Origin: an uncultured Bacteroidota bacterium
Lineage (GTDB): Bacteria > Bacteroidota > Bacteroidia > Bacteroidales > VadinHA17
Direction of reading: 5' to 3'
DNA: 64,000 nucleotides
Assembly (NCBI GenBank): GCA_937864815.1
Contig: CALMJY010000173.1
Span: forward strand, 687 to 64,686
In this document: positions 18,527-27,967 of the stretch, piece after piece
How the letters are laid out: every line of letters begins with the position of its first letter
Position numbering within the stretch: the first letter of the stretch is position 1
Translations under genes and position numbers: made by a program
Notes under the pieces: model-generated
Databases searched by the model: none
Told to the model about the DNA's origin: nothing
What the model saw: the letters and a program-made list of their open reading frames with translations, nothing else

Positions 18527-20138
18527 GCTCTTTCAGTTTTTGTCCGAGATCATGCAGATTTTTTACCGATTGTTCAGTTTGTACCATAATTGCTGCAGTC
18601 TCCATGCCGGCCTGGTTAATATTCTGCATTGCAGTTCCGATCTGTTCCATTCCGACCAGTTGCTGCTGGCTTGATGCAGCTATCTGCGTCGAAACCTGGG
18701 CTGCCTCATCGCTCATTTTTGCAAGCGCCCGTATTGCATCCCCGGCCTGTGCAGATTTTTGAACTCCCTCCTCAACTGCCTTATTCCCCTGCTCTGTGGC
18801 AAGAACGGCTTCGCTGGTGGCTTTCTGAATATCATTCAGTATATTCCGGACCTGTGTGGTTGCCTGTTTTGATTGCTCTGCAAGGTTTCTTATTTCCTGC
18901 GCCACAACAGCAAAACCCTTACCATGCTCGCCTGCTTTGGCTGCTTCAATAGCGGCATTGACAGCCAGGAGATTTGACTGATCTGCCAGATCGGTAACAG
19001 AGGCGATAATTTCTCCTATTGACCCGCTTTGTTCACTTAACCTGATAATTGTCTGACCGATCTTGTCCATCTGTTTCCGTATATGATTCATTCCTTCAAT
19101 AGTTTCATTAACACCTTTCTGGCCGTTCACAGATACCTGAGCCACCTGCTTTGTACTGTCAGACAGGGTATTGGCTTTCTGATTTGACAACTGGGCAGCC
19201 TGGCGTACCTCTTCGACGGTTGTGGTAGTCTCGGTAATAGCAGCGGCAGTTTCGGAGGAACCTGATGCAATCTGTGTTGTTGAAGCGAGGATTTCAGATG
19301 AACTGCTTGCAAGAATGTTCACCCCGTCCAGGATATCCTTCATCTGTTCCCTGAGCATCTGTATCATTTGGTTAATTGATTGAATCATTATTCCGAATTC
19401 ATCTTTTCGTTTTGCAAAACCAGAAAGATCCCCGGTGAGATCTTTGGCAGCAATCAGATTAGCCGTCTTCATGCTCACCTGTAAAGGTCTCGTAATACTT
19501 AAGGTCATCAGAATTGAGATAACAACAGTCAATAAGATGGCCGCTAACCCAAGAAATAGCATGATTAAACGTGCATTAGCTGCAGCTTTTTCAGCTTCCC
19601 GGTAACGCATATTACTGCGGTTTTCATTCTGAGTTATAAGATCATCTATATCATTTATCCATTTTTGAACTGCCCTGCTTGCCTTTTCATTCATAAGCAC
19701 TATCGCTTCTTCATATTTATGTGCCATTGCCAGATCGATCACCTGGTTATTCAGTTGTCTCGATGCGACCTGCGATGAATAAGTTTTATTAATAATAACA
19801 AATGACATTGTATCGTCTTTTGCTGTTAATCCTTCAAGTTCCTTAAAGTCCCTGTCATATAAGTTCCTTATAGAATCTATCTTTTGCTTCAGGTCAGATG
19901 TGGTTTTGTCATTTTTTAAAAGCAAAATATTGCGTAAGGCAATAGAGACTTCCCTGGTATGCTCGATCATATTATTTGCCAGCTGCAGACGGACATTATT
20001 TACTTTGATTATTCGATCAAGCTTTGCCTGAGTGACTTTGATCTGATTCGTATTTACAACGATTATAACAATCATAAAAGCCAGGATAAGAGTATAGCCT
20101 AATGCCAGCTTTAATCTGATCTTAAGATTTTTAAACAT
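18504..20138 (-). CDS. Methyl-accepting chemotaxis protein
   Basis: It has two TM segments, a HAMP domain and the conserved signalling hairpin [34 protein letters not shown]. Confidence 0.93.
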   Translation of the reverse strand: MFKNLKIRLKLALGYTLILAFMIVIIVVNTNQIKVTQAKLDRIIKVNNVRLQLANNMIEHTREVSIALRNILLLKNDKTTSDLKQKIDSIRNLYDRDFKELEGLTAKDDTMSFVIINKTYSSQVASRQLNNQVIDLAMAHKYEEAIVLMNEKASRAVQKWINDIDDLITQNENRSNMRYREAEKAAANARLIMLFLGLAAILLTVVISILMTLSITRPLQVSMKTANLIAAKDLTGDLSGFAKRKDEFGIMIQSINQMIQMLREQMKDILDGVNILASSSSEILASTTQIASGSSETAAAITETTTTVEEVRQAAQLSNQKANTLSDSTKQVAQVSVNGQKGVNETIEGMNHIRKQMDKIGQTIIRLSEQSGSIGEIIASVTDLADQSNLLAVNAAIEAAKAGEHGKGFAVVAQEIRNLAEQSKQATTQVRNILNDIQKATSEAVLATEQGNKAVEEGVQKSAQAGDAIRALAKMSDEAAQVSTQIAASSQQQLVGMEQIGTAMQNINQAGMETAAIMVQTEQSVKNLHDLGQKLKELVEQYKI

Positions 20139-20211
20139 GGTATTTTCCTCCGTTAAAAATTTGATGGATAATTAAATAAATTATTTAATTTAAATCATTA
20201 TGAACCAGTTT

Positions 20212-20730
20212 CTAAGTTACTTCTTCATGTATAATGATCTTCTTATCATTCAGTATCTTTTCCCCATCCAGAATGATTACATTCCCCGGAGCTATTCCTT
20301 TGAGATAGTCTGAGCCAATACCGGTGACGGAAACAGGAGATGTTCTGATAGCATCAAAAGGAACAGGTTGCATGCCTGTTATATTATCGGCCAGTATACC
20401 AAACTCCATGGCCGGATTATGAAGGATGATTACTTTATTCAATTCACCCAGCCCTTTTTCGGGCAGATTAAAGAATTTCTTCAGATCCACTACCGGCAGT
20501 ATCTGACCCCTGACATTGATTATGCCTAATATAAATGAGGGAACACCGGGTAATTGTGTGAAGTCCCTGAGCGGATAGACTTCCCTGATAAATGCGACAT
20601 CAATACCATATATCTCACCCGCGAGTGCAAATATTAAAAAATCACCTGTGGCAGATGATGTCTGCTCTTCGGGCTCTCTTGCCATTTCCCTGGCCCTGTT
20701 TTTAAGTACAGCAATAATTTCTTTCTTCAT
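20212..20730 (-). CDS. cheW: CheW-like coupling protein
   Basis: It is a single CheW domain (..GIINVRGQILPVVDLKKFF..). Confidence 0.85.
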   Translation of the reverse strand: MKKEIIAVLKNRAREMAREPEEQTSSATGDFLIFALAGEIYGIDVAFIREVYPLRDFTQLPGVPSFILGIINVRGQILPVVDLKKFFNLPEKGLGELNKVIILHNPAMEFGILADNITGMQPVPFDAIRTSPVSVTGIGSDYLKGIAPGNVIILDGEKILNDKKIIIHEEVT

Positions 20731-22145
20731 TATACCTGTTTTACCTGTATGTTACTGTTAATGATTTCCCTTATATGCTTTACCGATAATCCTTCTGATC
20801 CTTCTACGATGTCATTATCTGTGTATTTCATCAGTAAGCCTAAAACATTATCGAAATGTCGTTTTGCCTTCATGATTATTCCCTGCAAAATGAATAAATT
20901 ACCCAACGTAAAGTGTCCCATAATATAATCCGGATCTATATAAACAGCCTGCTTAAGCGATTTGATCGCTTCGTGGTTTTTATTCATATCCTGCAGAATT
21001 GAAGCCCTCAGGAAGTACAGTGAAGGATCAAGCCTGTTTTGTGAAATGGCTTCATCACAGCTATTAAGAGCTTCAGCAAGATACCCTTTGTCGGCAAGCG
21101 ACCTGATGGCAGGTATTCTGTCAGTGCAGGTTTCTGAATGCGGATTACCGTGGATATTATGCGGTTGAAGTGAGTTGAGATCCTCCTTCGCTGAAGCTAT
21201 GGAGGATGAAAGTTGGAGGGAATCAACCGGTTGAGGTTCCTCTTTAAATAAAGCACTTGCTGATAATTGATGATCAGAGTATGATTTTGCAGAATGCTTT
21301 CTGGATTTTCTGTACAGGATTGCACCCGGAAAGTTTACAGGCTCCAGTTCCGGGAATAGTTGTGATGATAACTCGCACGAAGAGACAACCAGCCACCCAT
21401 TCCTGGATAATGATTGAGACAAATTTGCCGCGATTTTAATTGCCGCACCGGGTGTAAAATACATTAAAACGTTTCGGCAGAATATGATATCCGGTTTCCG
21501 GTTGTTGCAGATAGTTGACAGATATTCATCGTGATTAAGGTTGAAACATGAGAAGGTCACCATTTTCTTTATTTCAGGGATTATTTCATACCTGTTATCA
21601 TCGCGATGAATGGAATAAGAAGGTTTCAGCCAGGGAGGCGAATTTCGGAACGACCACGAAGAATATATCCCTGCATCTGCTTTCGTCAGGGCTTTTATAT
21701 TTATATCGGTAGCGACAATATCTACAGTCCATGATTTTATATCATGAATTGTTCTGTGAAGAGCAATAGCGATTGAATAGGGTTCCTCCCCGGTTGAACA
21801 TCCTGCGCTCCATATTCGTAATTTCCTGTCGCCCGGTTTTTTTGATTTAATTAATTCCGGAAATACAAAATCAGTTAATGCTGTAAATACCTGAGGTTCG
21901 CGCCAGAAATATGTTTCGGAAACAGTGAGGTGAGATGCAAGAGTTTCAATCTGATCATGAGTAAAAGAGGCTTTGCCGAGCCATTGAATGAAAGCGGTCA
22001 TATCATTAAATCCGCATTCCCGGGACGCTGAAACCAGGTTCCTCCCAAGGATTTCCCACCTTTCAGTGGGAAAGCTTAATCCGAGCCGCGATGCTATCAC
22101 TCCGCTAACTACTGATAAATCCTCATCTGTCAGCTTACGGTTCAT
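20730..22145 (-). CDS. cheR: CheR-type protein-glutamate O-methyltransferase with C-terminal TPR repeats
   Basis: It has the SAM motif IWSAGCSTGEEPYSIA and a C-terminal TPR-like region. Confidence 0.9.
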   Translation of the reverse strand: MNRKLTDEDLSVVSGVIASRLGLSFPTERWEILGRNLVSASRECGFNDMTAFIQWLGKASFTHDQIETLASHLTVSETYFWREPQVFTALTDFVFPELIKSKKPGDRKLRIWSAGCSTGEEPYSIAIALHRTIHDIKSWTVDIVATDINIKALTKADAGIYSSWSFRNSPPWLKPSYSIHRDDNRYEIIPEIKKMVTFSCFNLNHDEYLSTICNNRKPDIIFCRNVLMYFTPGAAIKIAANLSQSLSRNGWLVVSSCELSSQLFPELEPVNFPGAILYRKSRKHSAKSYSDHQLSASALFKEEPQPVDSLQLSSSIASAKEDLNSLQPHNIHGNPHSETCTDRIPAIRSLADKGYLAEALNSCDEAISQNRLDPSLYFLRASILQDMNKNHEAIKSLKQAVYIDPDYIMGHFTLGNLFILQGIIMKAKRHFDNVLGLLMKYTDNDIVEGSEGLSVKHIREIINSNIQVKQV

Positions 22146-22621
22146 TTCTTTTTTGTTTTCATTGCTTTCTCCAGTAGTTTCTCCTCATCAAGACTAAGAA
22201 ACTTCTCCAGGTTATAAATAAGAATAAGCTCATCATTTATTATTGCCACTCCCTTCATGTTTTTTGCATACGGCAGGATTTTTCCTGCTTCTTTCATCGG
22301 TACTTGTGCAAGATCGTTTACACCTGAAACAGAATCAACAACAATTGCTATCTGCCTTTTTCCCGTATCGGCAATTATTATCTGGTCGTCCAGGCTAATT
22401 TCACGATCGGCAAGAGCAAATCGTTCACGGAGATTAACCACCGGGATTATCTGGCCCTGTACATTGATTATGCCTGAAATGATTTCCGGAGCTTCGGGCA
22501 GGAACCTTATCTCAACTGCATGAATTACCCTTTTTACCGAATGCAGGGGAATTGCATATTTCAGTTCGTCGAGAGTAAAAACAACTATCTGATCTTCAAT
22601 TGTTGGTAGCAGTTCTGCCAT
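22142..22621 (-). CDS. cheW: CheW-like coupling protein (second copy)
   Basis: It has a CheW domain (..GIINVQGQIIPVVNLRERF..) and overlaps cheR by 4 nt. Confidence 0.85.
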   Translation of the reverse strand: MAELLPTIEDQIVVFTLDELKYAIPLHSVKRVIHAVEIRFLPEAPEIISGIINVQGQIIPVVNLRERFALADREISLDDQIIIADTGKRQIAIVVDSVSGVNDLAQVPMKEAGKILPYAKNMKGVAIINDELILIYNLEKFLSLDEEKLLEKAMKTKKK

Positions 22622-22625
22622 ATAG

Positions 22626-22997
22626 TCAGCTTTTATTAATTTCCGACAGTTTATTAATAATATCTTTTATCCTTTCAACCTCCTGGTTCTTATCAAGGAA
22701 GTAATGAGCTCCCAGGTCATAGCACCTTCTTCTATATTGCCAGAATGGGTAATTTGTCAGCATACAAATTGTGGTCTTCAATTTCAATTCGCTGAGTTTC
22801 TCCAATACCTCTATCCCATTCATTTCCGGCATCCGGATATCAATAATTGCAAGATCAGGCTCGTATTCTTTGATACTTCGCAGTGCATCCAAACCGTTTT
22901 CAGCTTCATACACACTTAAATTCTTATCAGTATCTTCTAACAGGCCTTTAATTCTTTCTCTCAACAGAGAGGAATCATCTGCAATTACTATTTTCAT
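22626..22997 (-). CDS. cheY: CheY-like single-domain response regulator
   Basis: It is 123 aa with IVIADDS..IIDIRMPEMNG. It is the first gene of the che operon. Confidence 0.85.
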   Translation of the reverse strand: MKIVIADDSSLLRERIKGLLEDTDKNLSVYEAENGLDALRSIKEYEPDLAIIDIRMPEMNGIEVLEKLSELKLKTTICMLTNYPFWQYRRRCYDLGAHYFLDKNQEVERIKDIINKLSEINKS

Positions 22998-23151
22998 ATC
23001 GAATCAGTTATTATTTATCCCGGGACCAGGTTTTTCATGCTTCCCGGGAAATACAATGTTAGTAAATGCAGACAGTGTAAGATATAGTAATTTAGCCTGT
23101 TAGCATGTAGGGGAAGGATGATTTTGTTGTAGGGGAAAGATGACATGGATG

Positions 23152-23207
23152 GCTCAACGGCACAACGGCTCAACGGCATAACGGCTCAACGGCATAACGG
23201 CTCAGCG
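23152..23207. repeat. 8-nt microsatellite (GCTCAACG/GCAYAACG)x7
   Basis: It is a perfect period-8 tandem array. It is enclosed by the 8-bp inverted pair TGTTAGCA (23098-23105) / TGCTAACA (23262-23269). Confidence 0.92.
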
Positions 23208-23298
23208 GCAAGATTACAGTAAATAACGAATTTAAAATATAAGGTTATTTTTATACTTTAGTGCTAACATATTCATTACTAATTTTAATCGCTGCAAA

Positions 23299-23652
23299 AT
23301 GGGAAATTTCCAAAAACTTCGTGTTTGGCAAATAGCCAAAGATCTTGCTGTTAAAATCTACAGGTTAACGCAAAATCAAAAATTTTCAAGGGATCGTGGA
23401 TTTAAAGATCAGATTCAAAGATCCGCAGTCAGTATTCCTTCAAATATTTCTGAGGGTGATGAATTAGAAACTGACAAGCAATCAGTTCGTCATTTCTATA
23501 TTGCTAAAGGATCTGCAGCGGAATTATTGACTCAGATAATTATTGGATATGAAGTCGGTTATATAATTAAAAATGATGCTGATCAACTGATTGAGGAATG
23601 TAAGATCATTTCTGTTATGTTGACAAAACTAATTCGCGCCAGAAGTACCTGA
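23299..23652 (+). CDS. Four-helix-bundle protein ('23S rRNA intervening sequence protein' / Avd-like family)
   Basis: It is 117 aa with GNFQKLRVWQIAKDLAVKIYRLT..FSRDRGFKDQIQRSAVSIPSNISEG, typical of this family. It is the only convincing + strand gene in the first 30 kb. Confidence 0.85.
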   Translation: MGNFQKLRVWQIAKDLAVKIYRLTQNQKFSRDRGFKDQIQRSAVSIPSNISEGDELETDKQSVRHFYIAKGSAAELLTQIIIGYEVGYIIKNDADQLIEECKIISVMLTKLIRARST

Positions 23653-23660
23653 TTCTTTTG

Positions 23661-23756
23661 CCTGCGCCCTTGCGCCTTTGCGCCGCTGCGCCTTTGCGCC
23701 TTTGCGCCATTACGCCCTTGCGCCCTTGCGCCTTTGCGCCCTTGCGCCCTTGCGCC
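23661..23756. repeat. 8-nt microsatellite (YTTGCGCC)x12
   Basis: It is a period-8 tandem array. It starts 8 nt after the four-helix-bundle stop codon and ends 1 nt before the convergent RR stop codon. Confidence 0.92.
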
Positions 23757-23757
23757 G

Positions 23758-24387
23758 TCATTCTATCATATTATTCCTTATAGCATATATCGTCAGCTCG
23801 GCATTATTCTTCATGCCCATTTTCTCAAGAATTCTGATTCGGTATGTGCTTACTGTTTTATCGGAAATAAAGATTTGCTTCGCGATTTCAGTAACGGATT
23901 TCCCTTTTGCCAGCATAAGCATCACCTGGAATTCTCTCTCAGAGAGTTTATCATGAGGTTTACCGGCATCTTCTCCGTATCCGTTAAAAGCGATTTTCTC
24001 AGCTAAGGAAGCCGTAACATATCTTCCACCCGATGCGATTTTTCTTATTGCAAGAGCTAATTCTTCAGATGCTGTGTCTTTCGAAAGGTATCCTGATGCG
24101 CCAAGGTGAAACGCCCTGATGGCATATTGCTCCTGGGGATAGACGCTTAACATAAGGACATGAATTTTCAGATCATGATCCCTGATGTTTCTTAGAACAT
24201 CCAGTCCGTTAATACCGGGCATAGCAACATCAAGGACCACGAGGTCATAATTTCCAACTTTGATTTTTGTCCAGGCTTCATCCCCGGTTACAGCTTCATC
24301 TATCCGGCATATTTCGTCAAGAGACTTTAATATCTGCTTAAGTCCCTCACGGACTATTGAATGATCGTCGGCAATAAGAACATTCAT
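23758..24387 (-). CDS. NarL/FixJ-family response regulator (REC + LuxR HTH)
   Basis: It has VLIADDH..LDVAMPGINGL and LSEREFQVMLMLAKGKSVTEIAKQIFISDKTVSTYRIRILEKMG. Confidence 0.92.
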   Translation of the reverse strand: MNVLIADDHSIVREGLKQILKSLDEICRIDEAVTGDEAWTKIKVGNYDLVVLDVAMPGINGLDVLRNIRDHDLKIHVLMLSVYPQEQYAIRAFHLGASGYLSKDTASEELALAIRKIASGGRYVTASLAEKIAFNGYGEDAGKPHDKLSEREFQVMLMLAKGKSVTEIAKQIFISDKTVSTYRIRILEKMGMKNNAELTIYAIRNNMIE

Positions 24388-24403
24388 TTCAAAATGCTTA
24401 AAT

Positions 24404-27400
24404 TTAAGGTATTGTTATAGTTAAAGTTGTGCCTTTATTCTTTCTGGATGAGATATCTAAATTACCTCCATACTGACGTGCACGTTCACGCATCCCCAGA
24501 ATTCCCAATGATTCAATTGAGTCTGCTTTTTCCTTAGAGATTCCTATACCATTATCTCTAACAGAAAGAATAGTACCTGCATTTGTTTTTTGAAGTTTGA
24601 TGGAAACTGAAGTTGCATTTGCATGGCGCATAACATTTGTAAGCGCTTCCTGCAGAACTCTGAAGAGTACCAGGTTTTTCTTTTCATCATCATACCTGCA
24701 ATCGTCTGCCTGCAGATCACATTTAATACCTGATCTTGTTTCAAAACTGTTAATATACCATTCTATTGCAGGCACTAATCCCAGATCAAAGAGGATTTCC
24801 GGACGTAGTTCTGAAGAGATATGCTGTACATCTTTAATTGTGTTTGAGACCAGCTCAATAATATCATTTAGTCTGGCAACAGCATCAGGCTTGGTACTGA
24901 TTTCTTTCTTCAACCTGTTAAGATCCATTTTCAGGGCTGTCAGCGATTGTCCGAGCTGATCGTGCATTTCGCGTGAAACATAAGTCCTTTCCTCTTCCCG
25001 TATTTCATTCAGGCGCCGGTACAGATCTTCAAGTGACTTCCTTGACCTCAGAATCTCTTCTTCTCCTTTCTTTCGCTCTGTGATGTCCTCTCCCGAACTC
25101 AACGTGGCCACGATTGTGCCGTTCTTATCCTTCAGAACAGTGTTATGCCAGGCAATCAGACGTTCTTCTCCGCGTGCAGTCAGGATCGGGTTCTCAACAT
25201 ATTCTCTAGGTTCTACCTTTCCGGCGAGCAAGTCAGCAAATACATTTTTAATTCTCTCTCTCCCTTTTTCAGGCAAGACAGTATCAAACCAATTCTTACC
25301 GACGAGGTCCGGCTCAGCAAGACCAATAACCTGACACGCTTTCCGATTGACTAACACGATATTTTGATCCGCCCCAATCACTACAATCATCACTCCGGCG
25401 ATGTTAAGGTATTGTTGGGCCAGATTTTTCTCATGTTGCAACGCCTGCTCCGCCTGTTTGCGGTCGGTTATATCATTATAGATGACCTGGTACTGCCTGG
25501 TCCCATCCCAGAGGATCTCCTTCCGCCACACTTGGAGATGGCGTACTTCTCCATTTTTTCTGACAACACTCACTTCATAATCATTTGCACTGAAATCCCC
25601 CTGTTTTCTCAGTTGTTTCCTTTTTTGAGCCTGAATATAGCTTTCAGGTGTATACCGGTCTTTTAAAGGTGAATTCTGCAGTTCTTTAAGATTTTCGTAT
25701 CCGTACAAATCCAGAAGAATCTTATTTGCATAAATTGTTTCACCCTCAAATGAGGCAATTCGTATTCCCAGGGGAGAATCATCGAGAGAATGACGAAAGT
25801 TATCTTTCTCAAGACACGGCGCTTCCTCAGCCCGTTTGCGTTCGGTGATGTCAGTGCAGGTCCCGATCATGCGGAGGGCTTCGCCGCTCTCGCTGTAAAT
25901 CCCTTTGCCTGTCGCATTGATCCAGCGGATTTTGCCATCCGGCATCACCACCCGATATTCGTTGACCAGAACGACGTGCTCATCCAGCGCCTGCATGATG
26001 CGTGCTTCTGCGTGTGCCAAATCTTCGGGATGCAAAACCCGCCGCCACGACTCGAAGGAAGCCGTGTCCTTGTTTTTGTCCAGACCGAACAGAACGAACA
26101 TCATCGTGGTCCAATCGATATGTCCGGAGACGACATTCCAGTCCCAGACGCCCACGCCTGCCGCATCCTGCGCCAGTTCAAGACGCTCGGCAAATCGGTG
26201 CAGCTCTTGCTCCATTCGTTTGCGTTCGGTGATGTCTACGACTGTAGTGATGAAATGTAATGGTTCATTTCTATCATTCCGAATCAATACGGCACTTACA
26301 TCTGCCCAAATATATGAACCATCCTTCTTTATATATCGTTTGTCAAAGCGTGCCGAATTTTCTTCACCTTTTAATAACTTGCCGATAATCAGTTCTGTGT
26401 TTTCAATTTCGTCTGCCGGAGTTAATTCCTGCCATTTTTTGTTTTTTAATTCATCCGCACTATAACCAAGCATTTTACAATATGCATCATTGACATTTAT
26501 TTCACCAGTTGGCAATGTCATTGATTTACCGACATTGGTAGTTTCAAATACCTGTTTAAATTTCCTCTCGCTTTCCATCAGCGCCTTCTGGCTTGCCCGT
26601 TCTTCCGTTTGATCTCTGAACACAAGAACAACACCAATAATTTCATTCTTCTCATCCCGTATCGGTGAACCGCTGTCTGCTATCGGAATTTCCTTTCCAT
26701 CTTTTGAGATAAGCAATGTGTGATTTGCAAACCCTGTAACGTACTCTTCTTTTAAAACCAGTTGAACAGGATTTTCTAACCTCGTCCGTGTGTTTTCATT
26801 GATGATCCGGAACACTTCTTCAAGGGGTTTGTTCTTTGCCTCATGTTCTTTCCAACCGGTTAATTGTTCGGCAACATTATTCATATACTTCACTCTGCCC
26901 TTTTTATCCGTTGCGATAACCGCATCGCCAATGCTGTAGAGTGTTGTGCGATATTCTTCCTGGGTCTGCCAAAGCGTTTTATAGATATTTCTCTGACGGT
27001 AATGATAGACCCACATAATCCCGGTTCCACATAATAACACCAATATTCCGGTCAACAGGGAAGTCAGTATTGCCAACAGATTGAGATTAGAATATATCTC
27101 TTTTTTGTCAACCTTTGCTACCATATACCACGAAGTGCCAGGCACACGACGGATGTCACTCAACACTTCAACACCACGGTAATCCTTACCTTCAAAAACT
27201 CCTTCAAGTCCCATAACCGATTGAACAGCAGGCACATCTTTTTGAGTTAAGGAAATCTTTATGGTCAGGGCAGCGTTGGTATGAAACCGCAAGTCATTCA
27301 GAAACAGGACGCTGTCGCCATTCTTATGGATAAGCAGTGTTTCCGATGTTTTGCTCGGCGTGGGCCAGGATTGAATTAATGGATATAAGTAGCTATATGG

Positions 27401-27967
27401 ATTGGTTCGAAGAACGAGAATTGCAATCGTGATATTCGTTTCATTTCTGAGGGGCACAATAATGTCATAATGAATTGTATTTTCTAATTTGCAGTAATAG
27501 AAATCAGAACATACGACACTATCAGCTTTTGAGGCATTCAGGATCTTTTCCACTGCAACAGGATCAAGCCGGTCCAATACTTTTCCTACAGAGAGAAGAG
27601 GCTCTCCATTATTATCCATGAGATAAATGCTTTCGTACCCATTCTCTTCTTGAAGCATGGTAATAGGTTTCTCAATATCTGTTTTGAACATGATATCGTC
27701 TTTTTTATTCAACCATTGCTCAACTCCATGGATAAAAAACGGTGATTGAGAAATAACCCGTGCATCGGAAATTCGCCCATTTTGCCACTGTACAAGTTGA
27801 TCAATTTTTAACGAAGCAATTGCTTTCAGATCGCTGTACTTTTCTTCTCGGATCATATTTGCCTGGTTGTTATGGAAAAGATACCCGCATGCGACTATAG
27901 AAGCAGAGAGAATGCCAATGAGCAGAAGAATCTGACGTCTCGCGATAGTTTTGTCTTTTATTTCCAT
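24404..27967 (-). CDS. Multi-PAS sensor histidine kinase (HisKA_3 / NarX-type)
   Basis: It is 1187 aa with an N-terminal TM segment, a periplasmic sensor region and a second TM segment. About five PAS modules are separated by DITERK-type linkers. It also has H-box MHDQLGQSLTALKMDL and a HATPase domain. Confidence 0.9.
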   Translation of the reverse strand: MEIKDKTIARRQILLLIGILSASIVACGYLFHNNQANMIREEKYSDLKAIASLKIDQLVQWQNGRISDARVISQSPFFIHGVEQWLNKKDDIMFKTDIEKPITMLQEENGYESIYLMDNNGEPLLSVGKVLDRLDPVAVEKILNASKADSVVCSDFYYCKLENTIHYDIIVPLRNETNITIAILVLRTNPYSYLYPLIQSWPTPSKTSETLLIHKNGDSVLFLNDLRFHTNAALTIKISLTQKDVPAVQSVMGLEGVFEGKDYRGVEVLSDIRRVPGTSWYMVAKVDKKEIYSNLNLLAILTSLLTGILVLLCGTGIMWVYHYRQRNIYKTLWQTQEEYRTTLYSIGDAVIATDKKGRVKYMNNVAEQLTGWKEHEAKNKPLEEVFRIINENTRTRLENPVQLVLKEEYVTGFANHTLLISKDGKEIPIADSGSPIRDEKNEIIGVVLVFRDQTEERASQKALMESERKFKQVFETTNVGKSMTLPTGEINVNDAYCKMLGYSADELKNKKWQELTPADEIENTELIIGKLLKGEENSARFDKRYIKKDGSYIWADVSAVLIRNDRNEPLHFITTVVDITERKRMEQELHRFAERLELAQDAAGVGVWDWNVVSGHIDWTTMMFVLFGLDKNKDTASFESWRRVLHPEDLAHAEARIMQALDEHVVLVNEYRVVMPDGKIRWINATGKGIYSESGEALRMIGTCTDITERKRAEEAPCLEKDNFRHSLDDSPLGIRIASFEGETIYANKILLDLYGYENLKELQNSPLKDRYTPESYIQAQKRKQLRKQGDFSANDYEVSVVRKNGEVRHLQVWRKEILWDGTRQYQVIYNDITDRKQAEQALQHEKNLAQQYLNIAGVMIVVIGADQNIVLVNRKACQVIGLAEPDLVGKNWFDTVLPEKGRERIKNVFADLLAGKVEPREYVENPILTARGEERLIAWHNTVLKDKNGTIVATLSSGEDITERKKGEEEILRSRKSLEDLYRRLNEIREEERTYVSREMHDQLGQSLTALKMDLNRLKKEISTKPDAVARLNDIIELVSNTIKDVQHISSELRPEILFDLGLVPAIEWYINSFETRSGIKCDLQADDCRYDDEKKNLVLFRVLQEALTNVMRHANATSVSIKLQKTNAGTILSVRDNGIGISKEKADSIESLGILGMRERARQYGGNLDISSRKNKGTTLTITIP
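25833..25852. repeat. 20-nt exact direct repeat (left copy) bounding the GC-rich PAS cassette
   Basis: CGTTTGCGTTCGGTGATGTC is identical to 26217..26236. The offset is 384 nt, which is 128 codons. Confidence 0.9.
26217..26236. repeat. 20-nt exact direct repeat (right copy)
   Basis: It is identical to 25833..25852 and encodes DITERKR on the minus strand. Confidence 0.9.

Noticed and set aside
22998-23100. I looked for a sigma-54 (-24 GG/-12 GC) or Bacteroidetes TAnnTTTG promoter upstream of cheY, around the duplicated TCCCGGGA palindromes.
   Set aside because: I found no convincing match to either consensus by eye, so I do not call a promoter.
23299-23652. The four-helix-bundle protein could be the Avd subunit of a diversity-generating retroelement or retron-like system.
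   Set aside because: There is no reverse transcriptase ORF, no template/variable repeat pair and no msr/msd-like structure anywhere in the 64 kb. I keep only the family assignment.
23152-23756. The tandem repeat arrays here (and at 16134-16205) could be a CRISPR array.
   Set aside because: The period is only 8 nt with no unique spacers. These are microsatellites, and no cas genes are in the window.
23678-24006. + strand ORFs of 92 and 90 aa start in the YTTGCGCC array.
   Set aside because: They are translations of the microsatellite (RLCALAPL.. repeats) running antisense into the NarL-type RR gene.
25790-26465. Long + strand ORFs (156, 186 and 76 aa) lie inside the PAS kinase gene.
   Set aside because: They are shadow ORFs antisense to a well-supported 1187-aa gene. 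They appear precisely in the GC-rich cassette, where stop codons are rare, and have Arg/Pro/Ser-rich nonsense composition.
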